Part shown: positions 1 to 13,309 of the stretch, one piece after another
How positions within the stretch are numbered: position 1 is the stretch's first letter
Layout of the letters: the number at the start of each line of letters is the position of its first letter
NCBI RefSeq assembly: GCF_033153115.1
Contig: NW_026889779.1
Span: 18,538,001 to 18,602,000, forward strand
DNA length: 64,000 nucleotides
Source: Saccostrea echinata
Lineage: Eukaryota
Direction: 5' to 3'
The notes under the pieces: model-generated
Database searches by the model: none
What the model was told of the DNA's origin: nothing
What the model saw: only the letters and a program-made list of their open reading frames with translations
Translations under genes and position numbers: made by a program

Positions 1-278
1 ATTTAACCTCATTGCATTGAATTTTTACAATGAAAGTCTTCATTTCCAAATAAATCATTATTATTTATTCCACATATCTTCAAAAAATACCAAATGATCA
101 AATGTCACAAAAAGGTATTGCACTTCTGATATTTTTATCATTATATTTTGACATAACTTTTTTGAGACATAAGATATCAATACGATTTTTGGCAGTTAAT
201 AAAACTATCTCAAAAAGATATGCCGAGTGATAGAAAGGTGCCTGCATTTTCAGCGCAGGTAGATAATTACGTATCAAG

Positions 279-315
<37 letters not shown>

Positions 316-1497
316 TAAGTGGGTTACCATATATCTTATGTATTGGAATCTCTGTATATCTACAATAATATATTTAACAAACATGAAATAATTAAATGAT
401 TAACGTAATATTTCAAAATTAAAATTTACAATGATTTTGTAAACTACGAGGGTCATTCAGAAAGTTCGTAGACTTTTGTCATAACTTTTTTATCTAGCGT
501 CATATTATAACGAAATTAGGTAGACATACTTTAACAATAAATCCAAGTTATTCGAATTGAAAAAAATCAACTATATCATGATAAATATCCAAATTATTTA
601 AAATTTGAAACTGTGAAAATAGGGTTAGAAGGTCAAAATTGGGTAAATCTCTAACAATACACTTATGTTTATAGTTATATCTCTAACATATGGCGCTTAA
701 ACAAAATAAAATATAGTAATATAGTAAAATATAAGTAGAGACTTTGAATCGAAGGATTTACAGTCTTCGAGGAAACAGATTTGAATTAAAAAATCTGGTC
801 AAAAGACTTAGTTAAGTCATGGGAAGTGATAAGTAGCTTCATTGTTGTGGAACTTATAAAAGCAGAGCTACGCAATAAAGAATATGAAAACACTGACAAA
901 CTAACTCGAACAATTGTTTGCTAACTATGTGTCAAGTATAATGGAGACCTTTTCAATGAGTTAATAAGGCGCTACAAACCGTGTGAGAAATGACGAGGAA
1001 GAGTAATAGTGAGTAACTTTCACGACGTTGTTTTTGACGTACAATGTAGTTAAGAGTACTCCGTGGTGACAAAACATGTTGAATTTGAAACTAATTTAAT
1101 CCTTTTAATCAAATCGAATGAAACTTCACACAACGATAAAATAAATGTTTTTGCACTTGAGAATGTGTTGATCATAAATCTTGTAAAAGTAATATAATGA
1201 TGAGCGATATTGTTAACGTATTTTTTGAATGACCCTAGTACTGCATGTTTATACTGCAAATTTTCGGACAACATTTTATAAAATTCGTTTAATTGCAAAT
1301 ATGTATCATAGGCTGATCAATACTTAATTGTTTAATGTTCATTAATTTTATTCCATTATATTGGTAGAAGAAAAGAAAAGACATTAAATGCTTGAAAATT
1401 TTACTTTTACAGAACAAGATCGCTCCACCCAACAACTTTTTAACGGAAGAAAACATATCGACTGATGTAAACATTTGGGGTAACAATAAAAACTATA

Positions 1498-3170
1498 ATG
1501 AATAAAGGCCTTTCGAAACATCGTGAAGTTCAGAAGTGTTCTATATGTAAGGATAAGGCGGAATTTTACTGCAAAACTTGTATACAAAACCTCTGTGCTC
1601 CTTGTGAAAGAAAACATGTGATAGATCTTGACACGAAATACCATGATGGAGTAATTTACCGTGCAAAGGCTGGGGACTTTATAATACCAGAAAAATGTGA
1701 GATATGTATAAAATTTGGTGCTATTCTTGTGAACAACCAATATGTGTAAAATGCAGCGGACATCGAAATCATAATATAATTGATATACAGGTAGTCTATA
1801 AAACGTGTAGACAAAAATTAAGAGATAAAATTGTTCATATCAGAAGTGATATACTTCTATATGATACAGTGATCATGGACGGACTCAAAACAAATGTCAA
1901 AACAGATATAAACACTCTTCAAATAGAGATAGCAAATATCAAGCAAAGTATTACAGAAAAAGCTCATATACTTAAAAATCAAATAGATGCAGTGAATCCT
2001 CTCAAAAAGCATTATTGCAATAAGCAATGATTTAAAATGTATGATGGAACAAAAGGAACAAGCAATAAAAAGACACATTTCTATCATTCAGAAGTATGAA
2101 CACTCATACGAACTTTCGGCTAAAAGACCAGTACAATTTCTCTTATCCATTAAGAAAATCTCTATTTCAAACAGATTGCATAACTATGATACCTTTGCCA
2201 TTATTTTCAACGAGGAAATAAAAACTTGGGATGTGACTGAATTTTTGATAAAATTCGAAGTCATGGAGAGACGAAAGAGAAGGGTAGGAAGTGAGGAGAT
2301 GCTAAAGTTGATGTCAAAACCGGTACTACAAAAATATGTCCCATCAAAAAATATACCTAGCGCTTATCATATTTCCCATGTAACATCCGATCTAGTCTGG
2401 GTTAGTCATCTCAATAATGTCTTGTTGATAAACACGGCAGGGGACACATATCATCTAAATGATGTTACAATTTCTAGTGCATTTGGAGTGCACTGCATGA
2501 ACAAGAATGGTGATCTGATTTATATAGACAGAAATCATAACAGCTCTGTGATATCTTCAGACCACACCAAAAGAAGTATATTGGTTAAAAAATCAGAATT
2601 ATGGACACCACTATGTATTTACAGTTCTCCTTCTACAGGGGATTTGCTTGTTGGTATGGGAACTGGGTATTGTGAGAGTACTAGTTTTAAATATATCAGT
2701 ACAAAAGTAATTCGGTATAACAGCTTAGGACAACATGTCCACGCCATCCAGTACAGCGATTCAGGCGAAAAATTGTATTACCATCCCACCTACATCACAG
2801 AGAATCAAAACGAAGATATTGTAGTGGCAGATTTTTGTTGCTTAAAGGTGACAGACTATAGTGGAAGACACCGTTTCACATACACCGGAAATCCATCAGT
2901 ATCAGAAAACAAATTTACTGCGTATGGAATCTGCACAGATGCGCTGCTTAACATTCTGGTATGTGACGTTTTATACAAGACTGTTCATTTGATTGATAAA
3001 GATGGACTCTTTCTGTTTTACCTATTTTCAGAGGAACAAGGATTTTTAGACCAGCATGTTTAGCATATGATCGCAAAACTCACCATCTCTGGTATGGTCA
3101 ATCGGACGCAATAAAAACACATCGCGCCTACGTATATACAGATATATTACCAGAAAGAGTTCTGTTTCAG
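1498..3170 (+). pseudogene. TRIM-like B-box/coiled-coil/NHL-type beta-propeller gene, frame-disrupted (pseudogene or indel errors)
   Basis: B-box 1 CSICKDKAEFYCKTCIQNLCAPCERKH (ORF 1498-1749). B-box 2 WCYSCEQPICVKCSGHRNH plus coiled coil (ORF 1704-2030). NHL-like repeats PTYITENQNEDIVVAD and AYGICTDALLNILVCD (ORF 2041-3063), continuing in another frame as RPACLAYDRKTHHLWYG to a GT donor at 3171. Three frame breaks at ~1700, ~2005 and ~3045. Upstream acceptor tttttacag at ~1412. Confidence 0.8.
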
Positions 3171-4768
3171 GTAATTTTGAAATACTTTCCCGCTAAATGA
3201 GCTCATATCTCACGATAAACAATGGCTATAGTGTTTAATCATGACGAAATGTTGTATATTGCGTCAAATTCACGAACGTGTTATTTTGATGACCTTTTCT
3301 TTTTTCCTAAGACATTTGAACAAATTTCACTTAGGGCCTTTTTGGCCCTATAATTTCTGAAAAATCAAAACTGCTCAGTTTTAGTTGAAAAAATATTAAA
3401 TTTTACTTGGGCCGTTGATGACTGCATATCAATTAAAAATGAAGTAATTTTCTCTACAGCCCATGTATTATGACGTCTTGGATTGCGTCATGTTCCTTAA
3501 TTCCTGACAATTTCTTTAAAAATGGCCAAATATTTAAGCTGTTTTTCAATATTTTGCATAGCCTCCAACCTCTGATATAAAAATTTTAATTATATAATGA
3601 AAGAAGTTTCAGAAGATTCTTATCCATGAAAACATTTTTGGATCGTCGAGTGGGCTCATATTTCAATTATTAGCTGAAGATGCTCAAATTCATCCATTTT
3701 CTTCGAAATTCAAGAATATTACAATTTCGTAAAACCTATTTTGCAATAACTGAACTCTCAAAGAAATTTCATTTATAGGAAGTTAAATGAAAGCACTAAG
3801 TCTCTTCTTTATAGTAATGTTTAAAATGGAAAACATTGGGACTTTTTCAGATAAATGGTATAGGGACAAGGCCATTTTATAGAATTAGTGAGCCTAGCTC
3901 TTTTCATATGATGGTTACATGTTGAAGTTTACTTTACGGATCACTAGAATAACATAGTAGCAAATGGTCTTTCCTTCCATCCGATGAAATTGAAGATTTT
4001 GATTATTAAGCTTAGTATTTTGATGACTAGAACATCGTGCAAAATAAATGAAGGTCGTAAATAAAATATACATTCAGTTAGGTGATTTTTATTTGCATTA
4101 AATGTACAAAATACTGTTGCAACAATGAGACGACCTTAATCAAAATAAGTTAATATGACTGACTACAGAAATAATGCTCATACGTTTAAAGAAACTTTTG
4201 TTAAACCGATGACGGATATTCTCTGAAACATCTATTCAACGTTATGGTAACATATCAGTTTTGGAATGTAAAACAGAGAATTGTTTTTTCATTTCAATCC
4301 AAGGCATATCGAATCTAAGTCGATAAGGATGATACTTTAGTTAAAATGCATAATGTATGTAAATTTTGTATCTAATTTTGAATTAGATAGAACTAATTTT
4401 TAAACAACTTTTGATAATTGTGTTTTATTTAAGATTGAGAAATATAGACAGATCATAACTGTTGCTTGGGGAAAGTGCAGATTTGAAGAACAGCACCAAC
4501 GTGTATAATTATTAATGTACTAGAGGAATTGATACTGAAATATAGACACAATCTTGAACATCATTCAATTTTGTTTTACAATTCTGAATCCGTGTGCCTG
4601 TAGTTATTTATTTTATATGCTTTGCTTTTTTTTTTTTTTAAAAATAAGACAATATACATATATATTTACATTTCTAAGTTTCTTTGTCCGAGATAAAAAT
4701 TCAAATAATAAAAATACTTGATTTCTACATAAGACGACTTCTTCATCGATAGGTGTTTTTAACAAAAA

Positions 4769-4773
<5 letters not shown>

Positions 4774-4832
<59 letters not shown>
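4774..4832. repeat. (GA)n microsatellite
   Basis: Pure AG/GA dinucleotide run of about 59 nt. Confidence 0.95.
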
Positions 4833-4835
<3 letters not shown>

Positions 4836-4884
4836 ATGTAGGGCTTGGAACATGTGAATTTATGAAATCAAGAGCATTTAAATA

Positions 4885-5036
4885 TAAGAAATAACTGTCA
4901 GATTTTTTAAAGTTTATGATGATTATCATTAATTGCCTTGCGTAATAATTTTATTTATAAACGCTTCGGCGTTTATGTAAATTATCACGCAAGCCAATTG
5001 CTTGATCACATCATAAAACTTAAAAGGTATTCCTTA
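4885..5036. mobile_element. Palindromic MITE
   Basis: Imperfect hairpin aagtttatgatg...catcataaactt centred on ataaacgc-ttcg-gcgtttat. Ends taagaaata / tattccttaa. Confidence 0.55.
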
Positions 5037-5799
5037 AATAAATATTTAAAAAGTGAAGAAATTATTAAAATGTTGCATTTTTCTTAAGAGCCTATCGATA
5101 CCTAAGTTGTATAACTAACCTACAAATTAACCTAGCTGTCTCATAATATATTATTTTATAAACAAGCACACTTGAATGTTACGATTTTAAAATTTTATTT
5201 CAAGTGACCTCACACGCAGATAAAGGTTAGAAAAATGTTTTGAACGTGTATTTTTTTTTTTCAAAACTGTCATTTATTTTCAATTTGAAACAAAATGTTT
5301 TAATAGGCAAAATTGGCAAGTCAAAATTATTGATTTCGTATTTTAGTACCAGATACACAGTTTAGTTGATAATCAAGGAAAATCTCCATTTTGTTCTAAA
5401 ATCTGATGAATGTTTAAAGTTATGCTTATTCATTTGATATTCCATTCAATTAATATCATACCTAAATAATACTAGCAATGTATCTTGTTCATGGACAGCA
5501 TTTTTTGCAGGCAGGACTAATTTGACATGTAGTTACTCTTGCTTTACTTTTTCTACAGAATTTGAGACATCAAGGAACATGCGGCGTTAATGTTGACGTT
5601 GATATTTTTTCTGCAGTTAAATATAAAATAGAAAATGTTTATCTTGGGGATTTGATAAGCTGAAATCAGTGTAGAAACACTCTTATATTAATTTTGGCTC
5701 GTTCTTAATATATTTTTAGTATCTCGTTTCCCTCTCTTCCAGTTCCTCTGATTATAACAAACAAACATATGTTGCCGGGTCCAGTAAATGCTCTACCAA

Positions 5800-6780
5800 G
5801 CCCCTATTTGTATACCTGACCAAAATAAAATTTCCAAGTTCCGTTTTTATGAAAGAAGCAGTTGTCTATAAAATTAAAAAGCCTAGTTTTTAATTTATCG
5901 TGAATAATGGTTCTATAAAGTGTAGAAAATTCATTCGTTTTGATGTAGAATTTTGAAAAAAAAATTGTGATTTCAAATATTTTTAAAAGTACATTATAGT
6001 TTTTGAGGATCCACATCTGATTTACACTACTTTTAGAATATGCTGTAGCACAGTACGTCTGAAGTTTCTCCTAAACGGCAGTTATAATATTTTGGTAAGG
6101 AGTAAAGATAGGGACTTGTTAGAGCATTTGCTGGAGCCGTCTATATATCATTGTTTGTAAGGATTTTTATGAAGTTTAGGAATCCAGTATAGGTAAACTA
6201 TATAGGTATAATAGAATAAGTAGGGTAGGGGTTGTTGACTGGAGTGGTAAAAGTATATAAACAAAAGCTGAAATGTGATTTTGAAGAATTTCATTCTTGG
6301 GAAGTGAACTGCGAGTAAATATAGCATTTCCAGACGTAGAATTACAACCAAGATTCTCCAAAATGCAATTACAATAATCCGCTCTACAAACAATGCAAAG
6401 ACTATATATTGTTACTAGCCTTCTCTGCTGGAACCATGACATACTGTTCATGTAGTCTCTCTAATTCTTTTATCACCTCCGATTTTGTGAAAACGGAAGC
6501 TAAGGAAAGATGGTTCGCATTTTGCCTTTAAATTTCTTGCACTGTTCTTTAATATTTTTAAAAACATTTAATCCATCCTGACGAAGTGTTCAGGTCTACT
6601 TTTTTCTATTTAGTCCATCGTTTGGCATAATCTTCCAAAGAATTCTCGATAGAAACGAAGTTAGTCTCAGATAAAATATCTGGATTCCCTGTATGAAGGT
6701 TCGGACCTTAATATTTTACGATGATTGTTTTTAGGCCTTTATTTTCAAATACTTAAGAAAGGGTTATTATATACATTCAA
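5800..6780 (-). mobile_element. Degraded Penelope-like (PLE) reverse transcriptase fragment
   Basis: Minus-strand peptides LYWIPKLHKNPYK, MWILKN and FSTLYRTIIHDKLK match PLE RT N-terminal motifs. Multiple stops and frameshifts. Confidence 0.75.
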
Positions 6781-6815
6781 TTAACAGCGAAGATGTTTAA
6801 TTTTCTTTGAAGTAG

Positions 6816-7102
6816 ATTGTTTGTTTGTTTATTCTTTATCGTCTCTCTCAAGAATATTTCAATCATATCGAGACGCCACCACTTGCCGGTGGAAGGCTGC
6901 AAATTTATTCCAATACTCGGCACTCAGGGCCATCGAGCAATGAAGGATCTTTTTTGTGTCAACACTTACTGCAACAGGGGACCTCGGTTTATACTGTCTC
7001 ATCCGAATGACCAGTCTCCATGTCCAGCAGTGGATTCGAACAGGATCAGCTCCTTACTCCGCGACTCTAGAGCAGAGGCTCTAACCACTGCGCCACGCGG
7101 GC
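6816..7102 (-). mobile_element. tRNA-derived SINE
   Basis: Minus strand starts CCCGCGTGGCGCAGTGGTTAGAGC (A box), has GTTCGAATCC (B box) and ends in an (AAAC)n tail. A homologous copy lies at 13889-14168. Confidence 0.8.
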
Positions 7103-7515
7103 GACACAACCACCATTCGCCATTTACCAAAATATTAGAATCTGATTTTTATCAGATCGTCAATGATCGTCAATGCAATATAACTGTGGTATCACATTAT
7201 TGGATGTGCTTATATACACAAACTGCCTTCACTAAGTTTATGTAAATTAAGTGTTTAAAATTCTATACTTGGAATAATCAGGCGCCGAAATGTGAATGTT
7301 CATTAATCATGTCTTTAGTCCTAATTTTGGTTTTGAAGGTTAATCTACCGACTTTGTATAAATTATATGCATTTTTTGCACGGCCATAGATCTTTCTTAC
7401 TCTATTTATTGAAACAGTAAAGGTTTGGGTTTTTTTATTGTTATCGTGTATATGTAGCGCCGTTAAATCCCCATTGTTCCTGTATGCTAATTTCACTGTT
7501 TTCTTCTTATTATAA

Positions 7516-7704
7516 CTGTATACAGGGAAAGTTTCTCCCCTGCTTTATTTTTGCCCCTCTCGCCCTACTCATAAGTGAGCGAATTTACGACGGGGCGAAT
7601 TCAAAGAACACAGTATAATTTCTTAAACAGAACTGTGACGGCGTATTGAAAACGGGGCAAAATTGTTTGCAAGTATGAAAAGGCGAAAATTACCCTGTAT
7701 ACAG
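7516..7704. mobile_element. Tc1/mariner-type MITE
   Basis: TIR CTGTATACAGGG / CCCTGTATACAG followed by TA. Internal inverted ttcgccc/gggcgaa-like motifs. Confidence 0.65.
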
Positions 7705-9255
7705 TACTAGTATATATGATTTTTTTTCCTAAAACATAGATTTAACGTTCTTTCACACAGGAATAAGTGGTATGTATGGAATAGCTTGATGGTTGTCGAG
7801 TAACATTTTGAATATAGTTCTTTGTAAGCAGTGAAATTTAATTTCGATAAATAAGAACAAAAATCTGTAAACGTTTTAATATTCAATATTCAAAAAGGGA
7901 ATAAACAAACTTTAACCAGTAAAATAAACATTTTAAAAAACTTTCAACTTTCACCTTTGAAGAGCCAAGACAAATAGTCCTGACAGAAAGGGAAATGTGT
8001 ATTAAGGCGGAAAAGTACACATGACACAACGTTGCTATAATCGCAATGAACATTTCCATTTTTTTAGGGAAACATTTTATACATGAAAATATAATCCATG
8101 TAATTAAAATCCCTTTAAATAAAACGACATAACGAACAAAAGAAAATTGCAATTAATGACTTCTTAATTTTTTATAGCAATTGTTAAAAAGTGTTTCTCT
8201 ATTTTATGGTTAACAGATATGAGTTCTTTATTGCCTACAAACATTAAAATTTGTATTTATTCTTTTTACTTTGTTTTTGCAAGTTTTCATATAGTAGGGC
8301 TACCCTTATGTCTGTAAAGAACTGATAAAGAAATCATTCAAAGCCAAGAACTGCTCAAGGATAATACAGACTAATAGGTGTATGTCAGTTTACTGCTGAA
8401 GAAGGCAAAGCTTTTTGAAAAAGCTATTCTTGTTAATTTTCTATCTATAGAATAGTTTTTTTTAATTTGGGTATATATGGAACAAGATGAGGATCAAGGA
8501 TTTTTCTGATTGTCTCTTTTTGCGTCCTAATTAAACTCTTATTTATTGAAGTTTCTTTTTGGCCTATTCTGACGTGATTGTTCTTTCATGTCACTAGAGC
8601 GCGTAAGTACAATGTCGGTAACTACACAAAGATAAATTTCTACAGAAAATGTTATATATCTTCTTTAGAGGAGTCATGAGTTCTTGTCATTGCTAATTTT
8701 TTTTTCCATATCTACACGAATCTAAAAATGATTTCTTTATTTAATATTACATGTTTTATTCAGAATGGCATTTGAATTTTTGGATCCCCTAGTATATAAA
8801 CATTTTTCTTAAAATATATTTTTAACAGAGACATACCGAATCAATTTTTGTTCATTGTACTAACAATAAATACTTGTTTCCTAACATTCTAAAAGGTATT
8901 TTTGACGAGGAGATTTTACCAAAGCGCCATCTCCACTTTTGATTGTGTATAACTCGACAATTTCCAATTTTATCTTTCACGGTTAGCTTACAAAATACAA
9001 AAAATGTAAAAAAATTGAATCACATGTTATTTGTTTTGTATTCTGTAGTTTCTAAACAAAAATGCTTTGACAAAACAAAAATGCTTTGATTTACCAGAAT
9101 ATTTACTAATCAATCCCTTATTCATAAAAAGTGAAAACTCTCCTTCAAGATATTTAGGAAAGTCAACTTGGATGACAATAAATAATATCTTTCCCGGTGT
9201 CTTTTTTTAAAATCATTGCTCAAATGTCTTCATTTTATGACCTTTCTATAGTTGT

Positions 9256-10816
9256 TTATCCAAACACTAAACCCGATAAGAAACCCCTTGGCTTTCTATC
9301 GGTTACTTTATCCATCAGCTTCCGGTTGGATTCGATCCAGCGCGAAATTAAACCCCTGGGTCTCTTACTTTCTTTTTTGTCTTTTTTCTTTTCAGGCTTC
9401 TTTTCTTGTACATTCCTACTTCTGCCTGGTGCTCTCCCACGTATAGTGCCTCGTCCACGTGAGGAAGATCTTCCTCGAGTATTTCCGCCAGTTAGTCTGC
9501 GTGTATTTCCCCCAGTTCGTCTGCGAGTATTTCCTCCAGTTGTTCTACGAATATTCAATCGATTTCGATTATTTACTCGATTAGGTCTCCTTATACTTGG
9601 CCTTCTTCTATTTGAGTTCTGTCTTCTCTCGTTAGCCAGACGTTTTTCCAGCTCCTTTATTCGTCTTTCCTGTTCTAGTCTTTCTTTCCTTAGTCTTTCC
9701 AGTTCCAACCTTCTTTTCTCTTCCTCAAAGGTTGCCGAGACCCATGGATCGACAGGACCGGGAAGCAATTCCCCGGGCCTCAAATGCCCCCTGTCTATCG
9801 TCACTAAACCATTTTCTCCATAGTACTTTGTGTCAGTGATTCCACGAGCTTGTTGGTCTCGAAGACGTCGCTGGACTTCGTCCATGGTTAACTGTACTTC
9901 ACGTGGTATTCCATCAGGGCCGACTTCCGTGAACCATTGCACTTCTTGACCGCCATATCCACTTTGGCGATGCACCTCCCGACCACCATGTCCATGCGTA
10001 TCATGAGCGCCATGTCCGTGCACATCTTGACCACCGTGTCCGTGCACATCTTGACCACCGTGGTTATGGTCATGTCCACCATGAACAACGAGAGCAGAAC
10101 AGAGAGTTCCTATTAAAAAAAATTTAAAATGTGTTTTAAAAGAAAATGATCGGGAAGCGTTTATATGAAGCCAGATTTGCATTAGTTTTTGTTCTACTTA
10201 AGAAGGAGGACAAAAATTTACAGATATTTACATCAATTCTGCAAGTATACAACCTCCTAAACGGATCAGCTTTCTTCCTGAGATTCATCTACGAATCAAG
10301 TTTCTCTGACATTGTGTAAAATATTTTTGGTTATTTGAAAATATTATTCGATGTATCAATCCTTCGTAGTTTACACGAATTTCTACCGACTTATCAGCCA
10401 ATAACTCTTTTCCCCCTTCTCAAACGATAATGTCTTAAATACCTAGTTCATGCATGAAAAGTATGCAAAATCAAGGTTTTCTTTTAAAAGAAAGCAATTT
10501 ATCCCCTCTATTTGATAAATGAATATATTTTAGATTCAAAGAAATATGAATGTACCCCATCCTCATAAACAATCGTTTAGTGTTCAAAAATTGAATTCTT
10601 TGCTTTCATTTCGGACAGCTGTTTTCTAAAATCCTGTTTTATGAAAAACTTCTCATTTCATTTTGCTATATTTAAGGTTATTGTTAAGCCTAAAAATTAA
10701 TCGGAATCCCTTAATGACGAAAACGAAAGACAAAAAAGAGTGAAATATTCAAGAAATTCATCACACTTACCTGAAAGGAAATAAACAAGTAATGAGAAAA
10801 ACATCGATGTGAACAT
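9256..10816 (-). CDS. Gene A: secreted His/Gly-rich then Arg-rich low-complexity protein, ~299 aa, orphan (2 coding exons)
   Basis: Exon 1 10816-10771 (46 nt, MFTSMFFSLLVYFLS+G, donor GTAAGT). Exon 2 10109-9256 after a ttttttttaatag acceptor. The phase-1 join gives signal peptide MFTSMFFSLLVYFLSGTLCSA. This is followed by HGGQDVHG repeats, a conserved core QWFTEVGPDGIPREVQLTM, a coiled coil, RRTTGGNT repeats and C-terminus GFLSGLVFG*. AATAAA at 8760-8755. Confidence 0.85.
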
Positions 10817-11002
10817 TGTCCTGAATTATTATAAATATTGAGATTTTCTGTCGTCTTGGCTTTATGACTTTTAATCCCCACAGGTGTGTACCGCCCTCTA
10901 AGACAGTCATCTATCTTCACGCAATCCATCAGCAGTAAGTACTGTTACCAATAAACAACACACATTCTTAATGCTGAAGTAACATAGGTTCTCAACTGCC
11001 TG

Positions 11003-11010
11003 TGACGTAA
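11003..11010. promoter_or_regulatory. CRE/ATF-like motif TGACGTAA upstream of gene A
   Basis: About 190 nt upstream of the ATG. Same motif at the same distance in paralog B. CCAAT (minus strand) at 11063-11067. Confidence 0.45.
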
Positions 11011-11889
11011 GCTGAGAGAAGTTTCAAGGTTCATTGCATTTGACAGTCTATTTTCAATTATCATTGGTAGAGAAAATCAGTTATGAAACTATTACAAACA
11101 TATTTGACAGTAATTGATTAGAACTTAACATATGTTTGTCAATTTTATTTTACTATTATTACTATTATCATTACCATTATTATTTTTAATTTTATTTTTA
11201 TTTTTAGCATTATTATTATTGTAATTTACAGTAAAGTAAATACATGTACATTTTTAATATGCTATCCATATCATGTCATTGACTTGATATTTAGGATTTG
11301 TTTTCGTTTGCTTTTTGTTTTGTTTTTTTTTTCTGTTTTTTTTTATTTTGTAGCTGTTCGTGTTGTTCTTACCTGGTTTTGATCTGATCCTTTCCAAACC
11401 TTAAATGTCGCTTGAAGACTGTTCGTTATCTTCATATATTTCAATTTAACTTCCTTAGAAAAGTGCAAACATCAGTCACTGCGACAGTTGAATACATATG
11501 TATTTCAATTTCTATTAATTCTATTGATCGTTTTTTTCTTGGTTTTGGGGGATAGAAACACATAACGAGCTGGAGAAATGATAAAATGTTATCATTATGT
11601 GAAATTCATGTCGAACCCTTTCCTTCTCTAATCATCGGTTAAATAATAAACATTACTAAAGAAACACAGTCATAGTTTTTATAACGTTTAATTTCTGCCC
11701 CATTAGGTTTATCGATAATACTTAAGTTTAAAGTATTGTACAAATCCGAGAACAACAACTATAAACATTTGCAGAATTGCTTCTATCTAAAGTATAATTA
11801 AATAATATTAAATGTTTTATTATAATTATCAACAATTTTTTCCACTGTGTACTTGAATAACAAAACATCATGTTCCCATCCCTCAATGT

Positions 11890-13309
11890 TTATCCAAAAA
11901 AGCCCTTCTCCCTTACTCTATTTATCAACTTCCGGTTTGATTCAATCCATCGCGGAATTAACCCCCTAGGCCTCTTCGACTTTTCTTTTTTCTCTGGTTT
12001 CTTTTCTGGTTTAACGTTTGGAGGTCCTCTATTTCTGGCAAGTCTGGCATCACGTGTACGCTGTAATTCCGAGACAGGTGGACGAGTATTTCTTCTCAGG
12101 GTTAGTCTTCTGTTTGGATTTCTGTTTCTGTTTGGACGTCTGATTCTGTTTGGCCGTCTGATTCTGTTTGGCCGTCTCTGTGTTGTTTTTGTCTTTACCG
12201 CTGGCTTTTTTATTTTCTTCTCTTCTGCTAATTTTTTTCCCAGTTCCTTTATTCGTTTCTCTTGCTCTAATTTTTCTTTTTCCAGTCTCTCAAGTTCTAG
12301 TCTTTGTTTCTCTTCTTCCGGCGTCTCTTCTATTCCCACGGGACCTGATTCCCCGTGATAATTTATGTGGATGTTTCCCTGAGATTTCTGTTCCCGGAGG
12401 CGTCTTTGGACTTCCTCCATCGTTAGCTGGACTTCACGTGGTACTCCATCAGGACCTACCTCTGTAAACCATTGCAAGTTTTGACAACAAGGGCTATATT
12501 CTGTACCAGCTAGCTGACAACAACGGTTATAGCCGACACCAGCCACTGGAACCCCATGGACCTCTATCAAATATAAATGCAGACAACTGGTGACCAGAAA
12601 AAGATTTCATTACATAACTTAAACAATATGCAAGACATGTCTATGAAATTAAAAAAAAAATTTATAAGGTGATTTTCGTATACAAAATATATTTCTTAAA
12701 TTCGTTTTATTGATAACTATAAATTTAAATCAAGGAATGGAATGAATAAAATTTTTGAAGGTTTTATGCGAATAAATGTGCTTGCAAAGTTTTACGAATT
12801 TGATAGCATTTTAATGTTGAATATTATACACCTATGTACTTGCTACGGGGACAATTGCAAAATTATAACCAGGTATTGTTCTAATAGTCAGTACATAGGT
12901 GTTTTATTATACAGTAGCAGACTTTACCTTTGTCACGTCACAATCCGGACATAACCATAGCATCATTTGCAATGTATCGCATCATACGTGCATATAAATT
13001 TCTCATGCAACTAAACATTTGTACCAAGCGTCTGACATTATTTTTTAGGCAAATATTGAATTTTTATCAATTACTTCAAACACCACCTTTGAAATATGCC
13101 ACAGGTAAACGTATATAAATATAAAAGATATAAATTTTACCTTTAGAAGATTTTATCTTTATATAATATTCTATGTTTAATGAATGCTTCTTAATAATAC
13201 TAATAGTAATTAATATTATTAATATTAATAATAATTAATGCTTCTTTCTAGATTCTTACTTACGTAATAGGAAGTTTAAGAGAAGAATGAAGAGTGATAA
13301 TCTAACCAT
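11890..13309 (-). CDS. Gene B: secreted Arg/Lys-rich protein, ~239 aa, paralog of gene A (2 coding exons)
   Basis: Exon 1 13309-13264 (46 nt, MVRLSLFILLLNFLL+C, donor GTAAGT). Exon 2 12563-11890 (acceptor tttgatag). Signal peptide MVRLSLFILLLNFLLQVHG. Same ggacaATG start context as A. Core QWFTEVGPDGVPREVQLTMEEVQRRLR and tail KRPRGLIPRWIESNRKL shared with A. AATAAA at 11821-11816. Confidence 0.85.

Noticed and set aside
445-480. TACGAGGGTCATTCAGAAAGTTC mariner-like TIR
   Set aside because: No matching second end or transposase remnant found, so it cannot be delimited as an element.
7020-7102. tRNA gene (A and B boxes)
   Set aside because: No complete cloverleaf. It is attached to a SINE body and (AAAC)n tail and is repeated at 13889-14168.
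9197-9823. Long hydrophobic + strand ORFs opposite genes A-D (also 11870-12358, 23094-23498, 35010-35468)
   Set aside because: These are antisense shadows of Arg/Lys/Pro-rich repetitive exons. They have no splice or promoter support, whereas the minus strand has signal-peptide exons and poly(A) signals.
10110-10182. ORF-track N-terminus MQIWLHINASR.. for gene A (and the TTG/GTG starts for B, C and D)
   Set aside because: These lie in intron sequence or start mid-exon. In-phase upstream exons supply true ATGs and signal peptides.
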